A stretch of DNA of 64,000 nucleotides from Octopus sinensis (GCF_006345805.1 NW_021833081.1:19631-83630), one strand, 5' to 3'; counted from the first letter of the stretch, positions 1 through 14,158 are shown. Notes: a model not told the origin generated them from the sequence alone. Program-made: numbers and translations.

Positions 1-1122
1 CAGGCATATTTTTTCGTAGTCAATGTATGAGTTAATGAATTCGCACATCGTTGTTCATGTATGGAGCGCAGCTGTAAGCAGCGTAAATATATTATGAGAA
101 TCCTACAGAATTAATTGAATATAATTGCACATAGACAAACAAACAGTAAAGGACGACCATTTCAACAGTAATGTAGTGCTGCTGAGGCGAAGTAGAAGTA
201 GAAGTGAACTCGATCGACTCAAGTTATGCCATACAACATTAAAATTTCTTCCGTATGGTGGGAAGTAGGTTCTACCAGCGATCTTTTAAGTAGGTATCGT
301 TCTTTAGACAAAGAAAGGAGTAAAACAGCATAAAGCAAGATATGATTGAAGCTTCCTCGAATGGAACTGACCGTGGTCTAATGGATAAATAAGATGTTAC
401 AGCTGAAAACAGGATCGTCTTAAGATAAACGATTCCCTGGAGTATAGCAATAAGAGCAGAGTTCTCGTGAAATGCAGTCACTATCATAAACATCCTCTAA
501 AATTCAGGAAACGCTGAAAAGTTCTTCCACCAAACCCCGCTTTCGAAACAACTCATTGTGACGGCACATGACAGGAAATCATTCATAGTTGTAGTTGTTG
601 ACGTAGTTGTAGTTCTTGTTTTTTTTTATTGTGGTAGGTTACTATCGTCCAAAGATTGACTGTATTTGTAATTTTGTTATGTAACTTAACGCAAAGTTGT
701 ATTATGTCACGTATACCGGCAAAATGTTTTCTATTTCAATGACCATTCCCTTTTTCCACGAATAGATTTGTTGTCAGTGCTCTGCCTTGCATTTCAGAAA
801 TTAGTTTCATAAGCAATGATCTTTGTAAAACTTTGAGTTGTAACAGAAAGTAGTCACAGATCCTGCATTAAACACATTTTTTCATTTTGCTGGTAATGTC
901 AAACGCACGATTCTTATATACACACGCTGACATAGAACCAGCGTTGAACCCTTTATTCGCAATATTACCGAATCTGGAACTTAACTATGGTCTGTCTATA
1001 GCACTTATTCAGCATTCCCTGACACCTTTGGGTCTCAATGACACTATTTATCTCTATATATATATACATACACATAAAACGGTGGGAAACTGAATGTGAT
1101 CAGGCAGAGATATCAATGTCAT

Positions 1123-1262
1123 TCACCTGATGACGTGGCGGTACACAGCTGCTTCTGGATCATACTTATACGATTATGTATATAAGATATTATGTATTAG
1201 TTTGATATAGAAAACCTCAGCAACTACCAGCTGCTACCGCTGTGCAGAAACAATTGTTGTGA
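1123..1262 (+). ncRNA. Type I hammerhead ribozyme-like motif (PLE pLTR-type) with long loop II, partly decayed
   Basis: tcac-CTGATGA(1127-1133)-cgtggcggta...taccgctgtg-ca-GAAA(1247-1250)-C-AATT-G-TT-gtga. Stem I is tcac/gtga, stem II pairs 1134-1143 with 1235-1244, stem III is the palindrome CAATTG. Confidence 0.6.
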
Positions 1263-1904
1263 TTTCTAATTAAACTCTGCTTATTCAAACTTCCTGTTTT
1301 AAAAATATTTATGTACGTACATGTACGCATGTGCAATAAAACAGACATTGATAGTTACGAATATACACATACTATATAGGCATATATACATAGTTATATA
1401 TATATATATATTATATATATATATTATATATATATATATATATAATATGTGTGTGTGTGTGTGTATGCTTGTGTGCGTATAATACATTTAGTATTATGAA
1501 CACACTCCCTCACATTGTCTCGAATGTCTCTCTAGGCAATTCGGTTAATCTTTTCTTCCCAGAAAGTGAAACACAACCGAATCCCATCGCACCATAGTCT
1601 GACCAACGTAACGTGATATTTAATCAAAATGCCATGTGATATTTTCTGATATCGCCACTCGAGACTTTACATCGTGTGATATCGTATAGAAATATTCCAG
1701 TTACCTGATATTTCTTCTTACATATGACATATTGCAATATAGTCTTTCACGATATATCAAATATTATATCCCTGGTGATTTGCCATAGCTTTATCGTATC
1801 ATATTTTGTACAAACTTTGAATGAGAGAAACGGCGAAGTTCTGGACAAGATATGCCTTGTGGTATTTCAGTTCGCCTCTTAAGATTTTTCACCTTCTGAC
1901 CTTG

Positions 1905-2290
1905 AGCCAAAAGTTTGAACTATTATTTCTATTGTATTTGCTCTCAATAGTTTTCGCCCAGGGTATATCCCCCCCTCCCCCCTCCTCTTCACCTCATTGT
2001 CTTTGCACAGCTTCTACGCTGGAGATGTACTACAGTGTCAGCTGTTCACTACCTGTGAACCAAGGTAACACCTCTTGTTTTTCGAGCACCTTCCGGAGTA
2101 TTCGAGCGGTTCCAAGCAGTGCTGTTTTCTGCAAGTGCTCCACCCTTATTGCAGCCCCTATTTGTTCCATGTACTTCTCAAGATTTTTATTCACTGTCCC
2201 AAGGGCTCAACAATTATTGGTACTACTACCACCTTTTTCATCGACCACAACTGCTTAACCTCCTAAGCTTACCTGTCATATCTATCGACT
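1905..2290 (-). mobile_element. 3' end fragment of an R4/Dong-clade (RLE) non-LTR retrotransposon
   Basis: Minus strand reads ...EHLQKTALLGTARILRKVLE, the typical C-terminus of R4-clade ORFs. It abuts (TAT)n/(TAG)n repeats. Confidence 0.75.
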
Positions 2291-2325
2291 ATTATTATTA
2301 TTATTATTATTATTATCATCATCAT

Positions 2326-2390
<65 letters not shown>

Positions 2391-2399
2391 TTCCCTTTG

Positions 2400-4150
2400 A
2401 ATTCTGCATCTTTCCCATATCTTGCTGAGTTTCACCCAGATATCTGAATCAAAATTGGGTAATGCGCATACTTAACAATCAATTGGTTTACAGCTGTCAA
2501 CCACAAGGGTAGAAAAAGAACCGTAAATGTGTGTGAGGTATTTAGATTGATAAAGCCATGCACAGTGCCAGTCAACACTATTTTCTGTATCTCTTGTAGG
2601 GACGGCTTTCCAGGCAGCTGGACCAAATGCTTTTCCCTATTCACATTGCACCGACTCTCATTGCTAATCTTCAGAACTTAAGATGCCACATTTTCTGAAT
2701 TGCAATTATCAGAACTTTATATTTACTGAGCTTTCAGAACTCGTTCTGGGACATGTTACAACCAAATGGTAGGCTCATGTCAGTTAAAAGGCAACGGATC
2801 TATTGGCATTGATCTTTCTGTTGGCGTTCACACGAAAATGACCAAAAGCTAGTCACATCCTCGTCTCTTGTTACTGCACCTTACTGATTCTTGTTTAATT
2901 TTCCTCTGTCTTTATGCCATAAAGCCTATATATTTCCCCATTATAAATATTGCCCTACTCTATCATGCCTTGAAAGCCAATAGCTTGCACCTCGAATGAA
3001 GGTGGCCAATAGTCTCAACCTGCTCATCGCAAAATTGACTCTTTCAGTCAGCTTCATGATTAGGGGGCGTTGAGGCAACCGTCCTCAGCCTCTAACCCTC
3101 ATTTCTGCATTATCCCAGAATTGAGCCTGATGCTTTCCACATCAGGCTCTCTGCTACAGAGAACAAACTAATTTTTCAATGGATTTTGCTCTCATGTAGC
3201 ACACAGATTCAGTTGACCTTTTGATATTCTTTGCAAACTTAACTGAAGATTCACTTTACAAAATAATTAGAATTTTCATTATGTATACCTAATTCTTTCG
3301 CAAGTTTCCTACTTTACATTGTGCTTGAACGCAAATATTTCTTCCTTTCATGCTTTGCAACCATTTTCTGCATCCAGTCATCTGTAGTTTTAAGGAATCG
3401 TTCGAATCAAATGGTTGATATTTTGCGTGGCAACTCAAACTGGATCATTCCTCAACGTCCAGATCGCCTCGGGAAACAGAGGCGATCCACATCTGCTTTT
3501 GTGCGCTGTAGCTCATTACAGATCAGAAGTTTCCTGATTTTGGTGTCCATCTTCCTTAATTCACTGATGTTCCAATTTGTGGTGTTGCAATTATAGCTGA
3601 CAGCTGCGATTTCAAGAGTGCTTCTCGCAGATGTTTTATTCTTTGAGTTTTGATCCGTTTTCAAGGCAGCGCATACTCTCCTGTAGCATTCCTTCTTGAT
3701 ATTCTCTTTCATACCGGTTTGATGAATACCTTGGCTTTCACTGACCCCTAAACACTTGTAGGTTTGTCTCTGTTTCAGTTCCTTAATTACTGCATCCACA
3801 GATATTTCCACTGAATTTCTACTTGTCATTCTACCGTTCTTGAATGATGCTTTCGCGCATTTTCCCCAATCCAAATTCCATCCATAAATTGTCACTGAAC
3901 ACCTCAACTCTCTTCAACAGCTCATCCGACTCGCTGTCATTGCTGGGCATAGAGTTACAAGTCATCCATATAAAATAGATGATTTATGATATCCCCGTCT
4001 GTTTTGTAGCCATATTTCACTTTGTTAAGTTTCAGAGTCAGAGGTAGGAATGCAATACAAAAAACAAAAAAGATAAAAGGAGAAAACGAATTGCGTTGAA
4101 AAACCACTACAGTTAATGTTTATGCGGCTGGAATTTATTTTTCCATCAAT
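2400..4150 (-). mobile_element. Decayed R4/Dong-clade LINE (RT C-terminal half plus RLE region)
   Basis: NHLFYMDDL RT motif at ~3958-3985(-). ORF 3452-3907 (TYKCLGV...IKKECYRRV...WNISELRKMDTKIRKLL...KADVDRLCFPR). C-terminal LPGKPSLQEIQKIVLTGT at 2432-2644. Many stops and frameshifts. Confidence 0.8.
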
Positions 4151-4236
4151 GCATTACAATCTTAGATTTGTATTCCAACACACAAGCATTTCAGGAAATT
4201 TGGCATTTCTGGGGGAATGTTCAGGACAGCCAAAAA

Positions 4237-4306
<70 letters not shown>

Positions 4307-4339
4307 GTGTTATTATTGTTGAAACTATTACAAACAGGG

Positions 4340-4700
4340 CTGTATTGAGGTTTAATGAAAACACGACTCCTCAAATCTCAAGAATCTTTCTCAGGATTCT
4401 TCCAGAGTACATGATGGTACTTTTCTGCTGGTCGACAGTCCGAGTCCTTATTTCCATTCTCTTTCAGTTTCTCGGGTAGCCATTTCGGGTGTTGTACGAA
4501 ATTCACCAATTACCACAGAGATAATTGCTGTCTTCATCTTCCACAATACCTTCCTCTCTTTCACTTGGTCCTGATATTTCTAAATTTTAAACATTTCTTT
4601 GGTATTTGTTATTATATGATCTTATATTGTTTCCATCTTTTGTCCTCTGACACCACATTTGGCCGTCTTGGTTTAATAGCAAGGTTAGTTTCTATCAGGA
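4340..4700 (-). mobile_element. Decayed R4-clade LINE RLE-domain fragment
   Basis: Minus strand reads ...PRRPNVVVRGQK..., resembling the RPD-IVV endonuclease segment, with R4-like sequence downstream. Next to (CTA)n. Confidence 0.5.
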
Positions 4701-4749
4701 ACTATAATATAGCCCTGTAATTCTTATTTTCGATAGAAGCATCTTTTAC

Positions 4750-4900
4750 TGGCCGAAATGGCAGAATTTATTAGTAGGAAAAATGCTTTTCGTTGACCTC
4801 TCACCTTATGAATTTTACCTTTCATACATTGGGGTCAAGTACTGGGTTCGATAATATTCTTCGATCAAATTTTCAGACCTTGTGTCTATGGTAGAAACAA
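4750..4900 (+). mobile_element. Decayed tRNA-derived SINE (family A)
   Basis: Degenerate match to the copies at 15615 and 55400 (tggcagaa...accttt catacattggggtc...tactggg). Confidence 0.45.
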
Positions 4901-5129
4901 CAAAAGCAACAAACAAAATAATAATAATATTGATAATAATAATATTGATAATAATAATAGCTTTCCAGTCGTCATCGTCCTATTTTTTCAGAAACAATAC
5001 AATTAGTAATTACATTACAGAATGTGTTCTATACCTATGATTAGAGCGCATGGTGTTCAGGGTCAATTGCCTACCATTGCTCGCAGGTCAAGCAATTACG
5101 TAGTTGATATAAGATCTGCTTGCAATTCG

Positions 5130-6210
5130 TATTATGTAGCAGTCTTTTTGTGCATTGTAGTAATATACCATGTAACATCGTTTAGTATATAACATGTGGC
5201 AATATAAAATATTATCAGTCAATATTGTTAACCACGTAAAAATATTATATAAATTATTTCCACATGCATATGTAGCTATATTGTGTAACATATTTTATAG
5301 AATATAGTGTTCTGTAATATAGAATAGATTTTGTAACATGCAGCAGTAACTTTGTATATCATGTATAACTGTTTTATATGTCATAGTTGCAATGAATAAC
5401 ACTAAGACGTATACCACATGTAGTCACATGTTATGACATGTTGTATTTCTTAACATATAGCATTATTTATAACATCTGAACTAACTGACATTATTGTGTA
5501 TAGTGCAGCAACATTTTATAATTATTTTATATCATGTAAGCAACAATCAAAACATGTAGCAGTGTTTCACCACATGTAATAGTATTTTATAAGGTCCAGT
5601 ACGATTTTATAACATGAAGCAATATATTTACAACACATGGGAACATTCTATACTGATTGTATTACATGAAAGAGTAAATCGTAAGGTAAAGAAGTGTTTT
5701 ATGACATATAACAATGTTTTTAAAAGGTAGCAATAGATTCATGTTTTTTCCCTCGTGCCTAGAATTCATAAGACCCCCGCCAACCCAGATTCCATGATTA
5801 ATAAGTGATTGAGGACCCTACATTTCCTCTGGGATGGGATGTCGGTCAGTTGTAGGGCTGATGGTAAGCAGTTTTTGCAGAGAGGGTCAAGTAGATCACA
5901 CCGACCCCAGAATTTGACTGGTACTTTTTTTTTACTGTATCGACAACGAAGGGATGAAAGGAAAGGTGGACCATCACGGGATTTGATCTGGGAACGTAAA
6001 GAGCCGAAAGAAATACCGCTGAGCATTTTTGTCAAATAAACCACGGTTTCTGTCATTTCGCCGTCTCAATATATTTATAAGACACTGTAATATTTTATAA
6101 CCATTCTTAACATGAAGCAATAATCCATAAGATGGAACAATATTTATAACATGCAGCAGTATTTTTATATCACACAGCAATATTTTATGCCATGTAGCAG
6201 ATATTTAATG
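5130..6210. repeat. Degenerate ~20-22 bp AT-rich minisatellite, interrupted by a SINE at ~5860-6040
   Basis: Recurrent atattttataacatg(c/a)agca-like units at 5130-5740 and 6075-6210. Confidence 0.55.
5860..6040 (-). mobile_element. tRNA-derived SINE (family A), decayed
   Basis: cgaccccag...actggtactt...cgac..gaagggatgaaagg...aaataccgctgagcatt is the reverse complement of the family A body. Confidence 0.65.
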
Positions 6211-6949
6211 CGACATTGCAATAACGGAGAGAAAAGGAAACAAGACAGCATTTTATGGAAGCCCATTAGAATCACCTGATATTTTCACCATTGCCAACAG
6301 ATATTCCGTCTTCTTCTATTTTTGGTTTGTTTGACGCCACAGCAGGCGAGTGCTTGTGTTGAACTATTACGCAACTGGCGAGCTGACCTTCATAATATCT
6401 CAAGTTATTTCTGGATTCCATAAACGGTCGACATCCCTAGGTGCACTCATTTCTTCTTACCATTCCTCTGCAACAATGCAACGTTGCTTGGGGCAACGTT
6501 TCGTTTATAAATAGCAAAACAGATTCCTAATTTTATAAAATGCACATGGAATGGAATATTTACGGATGCGCACCGACATATATATATATAAATCTATATA
6601 TATATAAATGTGTGTGTGTAAATATATATATATGTGTGTGTATATATATGTATGAATATATATACATAGACGCATACATAGATATATATGTATATACATC
6701 TACATAGCGTCGCAGGGTAAATTTATGACGGTATACACATTCATGCATGCATATATATACATGTGTATACATCGTTCGTATATGCATGATCCGTTTATAC
6801 TTGTGCTTCATGCATACACGTATAATATACAATTGTGGTAGATATTAAATTATGCATACTTATAGGGATTCCATGTTGCAAAGACGCCTCGGAATGTAGA
6901 TACATAAGCACATAGCTTTCCAGTAATTATATATATATATGTATATATG

Positions 6950-6986
<37 letters not shown>

Positions 6987-7459
6987 TATATATATATATA
7001 TTATATATTATATATATATAGTATATATGTATATATGTATATATATTTCCTTAGATTAATACGCACGCGCACACAGGCGTACATATAAGTATACATAAAG
7101 ATATATACAATTCATCGTTTGAATACCGACATAACTGGATCTATACATACACAGAAATGATTTCATGGATGTATTTAGACATATATATATATAAGTGGGT
7201 GTGTATTGCTGATGTTTATATGTAATCGTATCAGTGCGTAGCAGTGTGAGAGAGCGACAAATGTATATTATACATCCATGAATTATTGACGCTTAAACGA
7301 AAATAACAAAGATACTCAGACGCACACGCATGTACCAATACATTCATGTGTGTTTTCAATATCCATTTAAAATATATCCGTGAATTTTGTACACAATTTA
7401 TGCCTGCTTATATAAATGCATAGAAAACATGCCATATATACATATAAATATATCATATC

Positions 7460-7509
<50 letters not shown>

Positions 7510-7633
7510 CTATGTCATATATTATGTGTGTGTGTGTATATGTATATATCATATCATATATATATATATATAATATATATATATATCATATATTCATGTT
7601 ATATATATATCATATATTTCTTTATGATAGATC

Positions 7634-7803
7634 GTTAGCCAATACACACATATTTTCTCTCCTTGTTTTTTTCTGTGTTCCTTTCTGTAGAAGAGCGTAG
7701 GCTCGAAACGTAAAAGACTTTTTCTATACATGAGCGTTATACTAATACATCTGTTTGTTTTGTACACTACCTGTCTTCGTCTTTTGATTTTTTCGTAAAC
7801 TCT

Positions 7804-7810
<7 letters not shown>
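7634..7810 (+). mobile_element. Short PLE pLTR-like element in (TA)n with minimal HHR-like core (7681-7716)
   Basis: cttt-CTGTAGA-a-gagc-gtag-gctc-GAAA-C-GTA-aaag. Homologous to 40371-40560 on the opposite strand. Confidence 0.6.
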
Positions 7811-7846
<36 letters not shown>

Positions 7847-8859
7847 CATATCATATGAAGTATATGTATATAAATTACCACTTATTTCTTCCCGTCTGTC
7901 TGTCTGTCTATCTATCTGTCTACATGAATTTCTACACTATGCATATGTCTTTTCTCATATACATAAATACATATGTTTTTAACACTCATACACATACATA
8001 TATACATACATCCCTAATATATACACTCATATATGTTAAAAACGCACTGACGCGGTCACGCATTCGTACGCAATCGTTCTCAATACTTAGGAAAATATAT
8101 TCATGAATATATACACATATACAAAAAGAAATTCATGACTGTGTATATCAATACCCTGATATTTTCAATACGTATAAATATATATATTCTTGGATTTGGA
8201 CACTCATACATTTAAAGTTACATGTGAGCAATTATACTAAAACAGTGATTTATATACATCCGTTTATGAACGCCGAGGGATGGAGTAAGTGTTTTAAAGC
8301 AGGACAAATCGCTTAATATATTCCCAGATAGACTAGGAATACATATCTAGGAATATCTAGGAATATATTAACTCTGAAGAGGAAACAACTTCCCAGAGTG
8401 GTCACGGCTGGAAAGCTTTTTGTTATACGTGTTTTCGATGACTGCCAATCTGAGACTATTCCTTGTTTTTCAGTCATCGTTTGGGAAAAGAATCTTGGAG
8501 AGACAAAAAAACAACAAAAAACAGCAAAAAAAATAAAACAAAAAACAAAACAAACAAACGCAAAGAAACTCGTGAAAACGCACAAACACACACCCAAGGA
8601 TACATATTACAGGTATATATATATACACGCATGCTCACGTGGGCAGATGTACACTGAAGCTACTAGTATAAGCGTGCTACAAGCTCTGAAGTTCCAGCTC
8701 GCGGGAGCAGGTTGTTTTATACATACACACACACACACACTCATACATACATACATACATACATATATACATACAGAAATATATATATATATATATATGT
8801 ATTTGTTCCACGTCCTCGCGTTGTTGTGTTTTTTTGTGCTTTTTCGTTTGGATTAACTT

Positions 8860-8899
<40 letters not shown>

Positions 8900-9074
8900 C
8901 ATTGTATATGTATAGATAGATGCTCCTTTCATTAATCGATTATCAATAAGATAGATTATTACATATTACATCGACTGGCGCTCACATTTCCTCAATATAT
9001 TAATATTTTAGCGTATAATCTAAAGATTTCGTGGTTGACAGCTTTAATAAGAAACAAATATTAAATCACGGGTT

Positions 9075-9265
9075 AGAAATTTTGGCACAAGGCCAGCAAT
9101 TTCAGCGGAAGGCTAAATCGAGTTCATTGACTCCAGTGATCAACTGGTACTTACTTTATTCACCTCGAAGTTATGAACAGCAAATTCAATCTCAGTGAAA
9201 TTTGAACTCTGAATGTATAAGACGGACGAAATGCCGTTAAGCGTTCCGCCCGGCGTTGATCCTGC
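9075..9265 (-). mobile_element. tRNA-derived SINE (family A)
   Basis: ttttggcacaaggccagcaattt...actggtactt...atttgaactctgaatgta..gacggacgaaatgccgttaagc. Confidence 0.7.
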
Positions 9266-9547
9266 ACCTCGCAACCGTTCAAGTATTTATTATAGATTTC
9301 AGATTACCAAACGGATTCTACTGAAATGTCTAAAATACCAAGTATTTGTATGTTTGGTTGTCATTTTAAACTACACATGGCGCTGCTTTCTGTGTAATAG
9401 ATCGAATGACATTGCTGTTCTATTGATAAAGTCATAACTTGTGGGAGAATAACGTAGAAATTATTTATGCCTCAAACTACAATAGTAATGTGCCACACTC
9501 TTGCACATCTACATATGACGCGCGCACACACGCACACATACACACAC

Positions 9548-9590
<43 letters not shown>

Positions 9591-9717
9591 AAACATATTC
9601 ACAAACAGATGCACAGGCACATTTGATATATAATGAGCAAAAAGCTAGAAAAATACAGAATTAGAGAGATGAGTTTTTACAAAGTGTTACTGGATAATGC
9701 TTTGGCGAGTAGGGAAA

Positions 9718-9756
9718 GTCTTTAACGTTTCGAATGGTTGGCAATCATCAGAAAAC
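9718..9756 (-). ncRNA. Minimal HHR-like motif, decayed stem II
   Basis: Minus strand: gtttt-CTGATGA-ttgccaaccattc-GAAA-C-GTT-aaagac. Core boxes are intact but stem II pairs poorly. The aaagacttt tail matches that of 7713. Confidence 0.4.
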
Positions 9757-10170
9757 GGCAAAAGAAAAAAAAAAATAAGGAAAATAGGAGCGAAAAAACC
9801 TTTGGGGACCAGCGGGGTAGCAGGTGCTATGGGGAGGAGTTAGGAAGAATGGAGGGGCAGTAGTGCAGATGCTTGTTTGGTGTGCATGTATGTGATGTAT
9901 GTCATCTCTCGAGTTAATGTTTGTGATGATGATGACGATGATGATGATGATTATCATCATCATCATACTCACCACCCCATCAACGCCGTCGTCGTCATCT
10001 TAACCATCTTAATTATCATTACCATTGCTATCATTGGTATTGTTATGTTAGTGGTATTAAGACAATCTCATTTATCAAACCTGATTCTATATGTAAATCA
10101 AAGTATACCTTATACATACATACTTATATAAATGCATATAAATATACATCTATATCTATATTTATGTCTA

Positions 10171-10251
<81 letters not shown>

Positions 10252-10470
10252 GTCTATCTATATTTATATGTATCTATAGTTAAATTACATCTATCTATAT
10301 GGTAATGTGTGTATTTATGTAAATCGTTGTGTGTCTGTATGTATACATATAAATCAACCTAACCATTCATGTATGTAAATCTACGTGTATATACAAATCT
10401 ATTTGTATATATGCAAATCAATGTTGCGTCTATAAACTCATTTATTTATATATACAAGCATATATATATA

Positions 10471-10505
<35 letters not shown>

Positions 10506-10588
10506 ATGCATATATATACTATATAAATAATACATATATATACATATATATACATATAATATATATGTATATATGTAATATATATATG

Positions 10589-10651
<63 letters not shown>

Positions 10652-10655
10652 TATA

Positions 10656-10688
<33 letters not shown>

Positions 10689-10912
10689 GCCTGTATGTAC
10701 TTACGTATTCGTCTGTATATGTAAATCTGCGTTTATATATGCAAATATTGTGTATATATGTAAATCTTGGTTAGTTATGGTAAAATAACTATAGAAAATA
10801 TATTTAGTTTGACAGTTGGGACTTTGTGTGTGTGTGTGTGTGTGTGTGTGTGGAGGGATATCTCTCTTTCTTTACGTTGTTTCTTTCGTTATCTCTTTCT
10901 TCTTATCTCTCG

Positions 10913-10945
<33 letters not shown>

Positions 10946-11698
10946 ACTCAACCGCTTCTATGTATTTATGTTTATCTACCTGCACAAGCATTTTTATCTA
11001 TATATAAACATACATACACACACATAAACGCAGACGTATCGAAACACACACACACATACACACACACACATAGTTATACATTCACAAAAGTATATGTATA
11101 TATATTGATATGTGTGTGTGTGTGTATGTGTTTGTGTGTGCTTTTCACTATCGATTTCATCTTCACTCTGAGGCCGTGGCCATGCTGGGGCACCGCCATT
11201 AACGTTAATGCCTGTTTATTTCACACACGCTACTCGGTCATGACTCCGGAATCGAAACTGGTGTTGCAGTGAGATGGACTGAGCCTCTTTACTTTGCATT
11301 TAACGTCATGATGTTTACATTTTCAGACGCAGGTGTAACCCCCCCACACACACACACACATACACATATCCATATTGTCACGCTTTTATATCTATAAAAT
11401 TATACATTTGCTTCTGTGCTTTGATTCGTGTTCGCGTCATTGTCTACTTTCCAGAAGCATAATTATATATGGCGGTCTTTGCTCTCGTATTAACGTTGGA
11501 TATATAAACACAAGAGGATGTGCGATATTAAGAAGGTGTGATCAAATATATTTCTTGCATTCGGGGTGAACCACCGGTCTGTCAATGAAAAGCTCAAATT
11601 AGACCGCTGCTTTGAGGAATCTTGGCTTGTTAGGTATGGCATTATATTTGTGCAATATAGATGGAACATTATATACACACAGGCATATATACATATAT

Positions 11699-11731
<33 letters not shown>

Positions 11732-11742
11732 TATATATAAAT

Positions 11743-11774
<32 letters not shown>

Positions 11775-11819
11775 GTATATATATATGTGTATATATATAT
11801 ATGTATATATATATATGTA

Positions 11820-11851
<32 letters not shown>

Positions 11852-11924
11852 TAATTGCATATGTATGTTTGTGTGTATGTATGTGTGTGTATTCGTGTGC
11901 GCGTGTGTGTGTATATGTGTTCGT

Positions 11925-12275
11925 ACTGCCTGCGCAGTGTCTGCAATATAAAATGACAAAATACGATATCAAACGGCAAAGTTTGGCAAGATAGAATATC
12001 TTCAGTATCGAAAACATGCTGTTGAGGATTCGGTGCAGATGGGGAGGGTGCGTTGTTAGAATGTTCGCTGTTCGCATTGCATAAAGTTGAGGGATTTCGC
12101 GATAAAAGAAAAAAAAAAGATCCTGAGATATCAGGATGATTTAAAACAATCACTAAAATCTGCGCTGCTTAATTTAATATCTTGGGCAAGTTATTCTCCT
12201 GATCGATCTGAATGGCGCATAATGTGCCATGGTGCCTCTAAACGATTTGAGTTGAAGAAACAGAACAATAAATGA
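11925..12275 (+). mobile_element. Decayed RTE (BovB-like) LINE 3' fragment
   Basis: [15 protein letters not shown]...[11 protein letters not shown] and [12 protein letters not shown]...W....DRSEWR..CHGASKRFE match RTE C-terminal motifs. Confidence 0.7.
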
Positions 12276-12514
12276 GTTGTATCCTGAAGTCGACAAACAC
12301 ATTTGTCCAATCACGAACAAAACCAACATCTCCTTTCTCCTCATTGATACTTCATAGCAAAATTCATATCCAAACTCAAATTATATCCCTGCAAGCATCG
12401 CAAACAGATTCAGCTTCTTTTGTTTCTCATCCATTAAAAAAAAAGAAGAAAAAAAACCTCCTTTCTTTAAAACCTTCGAAATGGACGGGAGTGAGCACCA
12501 CTACTACATCATTC

Positions 12515-12759
12515 TTTTCTTTTATTCTTTTATTTGTTTGCGGCCATGCTGCAGCAGAACCGACTTAAAAGTTTTAGTAGAACAAATCGACTCTCCAGGA
12601 CTTTGTCTGTGTAGACCTAGTTCTTGTTCTATCGGGCTCTTTTGCCGAATCGCTAAGTTACGGGCACCAAACACATCAACATCGGCTGTCAACGATGGTG
12701 GGGGAGACAAACACAGACACACAAACACATAAATACACTCACAAACGCGCGCACACACA

Positions 12760-12792
<33 letters not shown>

Positions 12793-12831
12793 TACACACA
12801 CACACACACACACTACATATATATATATATA

Positions 12832-12867
<36 letters not shown>

Positions 12868-13027
12868 GGGCTTCTTTCAGTTTCCGTCTACCAAATCCAC
12901 TCACGAGGCTTTGGTCTGCCCGAGGCTATAGTAGAAGACACTTGCCCAGGGTGCCGCGCAGTGGTACTGAACCTGGAACCATGTGGTTGAGAAGCAAGTT
13001 TCTTACCACACAGCCACGCCTGCGCCT
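12515..13027 (-). mobile_element. Near full-length tRNA-derived SINE (family B) with internal microsatellite
   Basis: Head on minus strand: ggcgcaggcgtggctgtgtggtaagaa...ggttcagtaccactgcgcggcaccctgggcaagtgtcttctactatagcc (Pol III A/B-box like). Internal (CA)/(TA)/(GA) tract, tail at 12515-12730. Confidence 0.8.
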
Positions 13028-14096
13028 GTTATATCATATAAGGTAATGAGTTGGCACATAAATATTTAACCTATATTGAGCATATATACCACCTTACTTT
13101 ACTTGTGTGTGTGTGTGAGTGTGTGTGTGTGTGTGTGGTGTAGTGAGAGGAACAGGGGTCCGTTTCAGTCTTTCAGAGTCTGCTATTGGTGGCTCTTCCC
13201 AGACCAGAATCCGTGGCCTGGATTCTTACAATGCTGGAGATCATATTGTTGTTAAACTGGGCGACAGATGAACTCCCAACTCATCTAATGGCGATGGAAG
13301 GCAGAATAGATAGCTGTGTGCATTTACGTAGTAAGTTCAAAAACCCGGCCGTGTGCGTTGTTCATTTCAGCTGCCTATGTCTACCTAGGCAGATAATATA
13401 TAACAGCAACCGAGTCAGAGGTTGATTTAATCGATTTTGCCACCTCCTTGAAACTGGTGTCTCTTTTGTATCAAAGTGAAACATCTTTACTCTGCCTCTT
13501 CGTACCTTTTAGTACCTCCTTCGCTATCGATTGGCTACCAACAAACAAGCATTTCCTTGTAGCGCAATGTCAACACGCCATCTCTATTGTCGACTTTTTT
13601 CACACTTCAGCAAATCAAAAGCGAAAAGAGAAGAAAAAAAATCCCAGAAAAAAACTCAACAAAAACCAATTAGGAAGTAAATAAAAAAAGTTTAAAATAT
13701 CACTTCCTGAGAGATAACACACCTGATGACGACTGGAGATAAAACCGGTTGAATCATAGTTTAAAATGTAAATATTAAATAAAAAAAAATGTTCAACTTT
13801 AAAGACGAGGTTAACTGTCTGAGAGCTAATTTATTATCTTATTAAGAACAAACCATTCCAGTCTCTGAGACGTCTTAAATATTGTGTTGTGCGCGCGTGT
13901 GTGTGATAGTTAAACATTTTATTTATTGATTTATTTATTTTTGAGCTCAGGATTTATTGGCTGTAGTTTCTCTTTCGCTTTTACGAGGTCGGTTCTGTTG
14001 TTTTGGTTGGTTTCTGAGAGACTAAGACACTTCGACATCATTAGTTAGTGAGTTCGTTAGTTTACCGCTGCTGCTACTACTACTACTACAACTACA

Positions 14097-14158
<62 letters not shown>

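Noticed and set aside
8371-8480. CTGAAGA-ggaa/ttcc hairpin (+) and gatgactg/cagtcatc-GAAA stem (-) as hammerheads
   Set aside because: The + motif lacks GAAA after stem II and the - motif lacks CUGANGA. At best these are destroyed remnants.
13719-13762. CTGATGA-c-gactgg...ccggtt-GAAT-catagtt HHR-like motif
   Set aside because: GAAA is mutated and there is no stem I partner, so it cannot be told from a very old remnant or chance.
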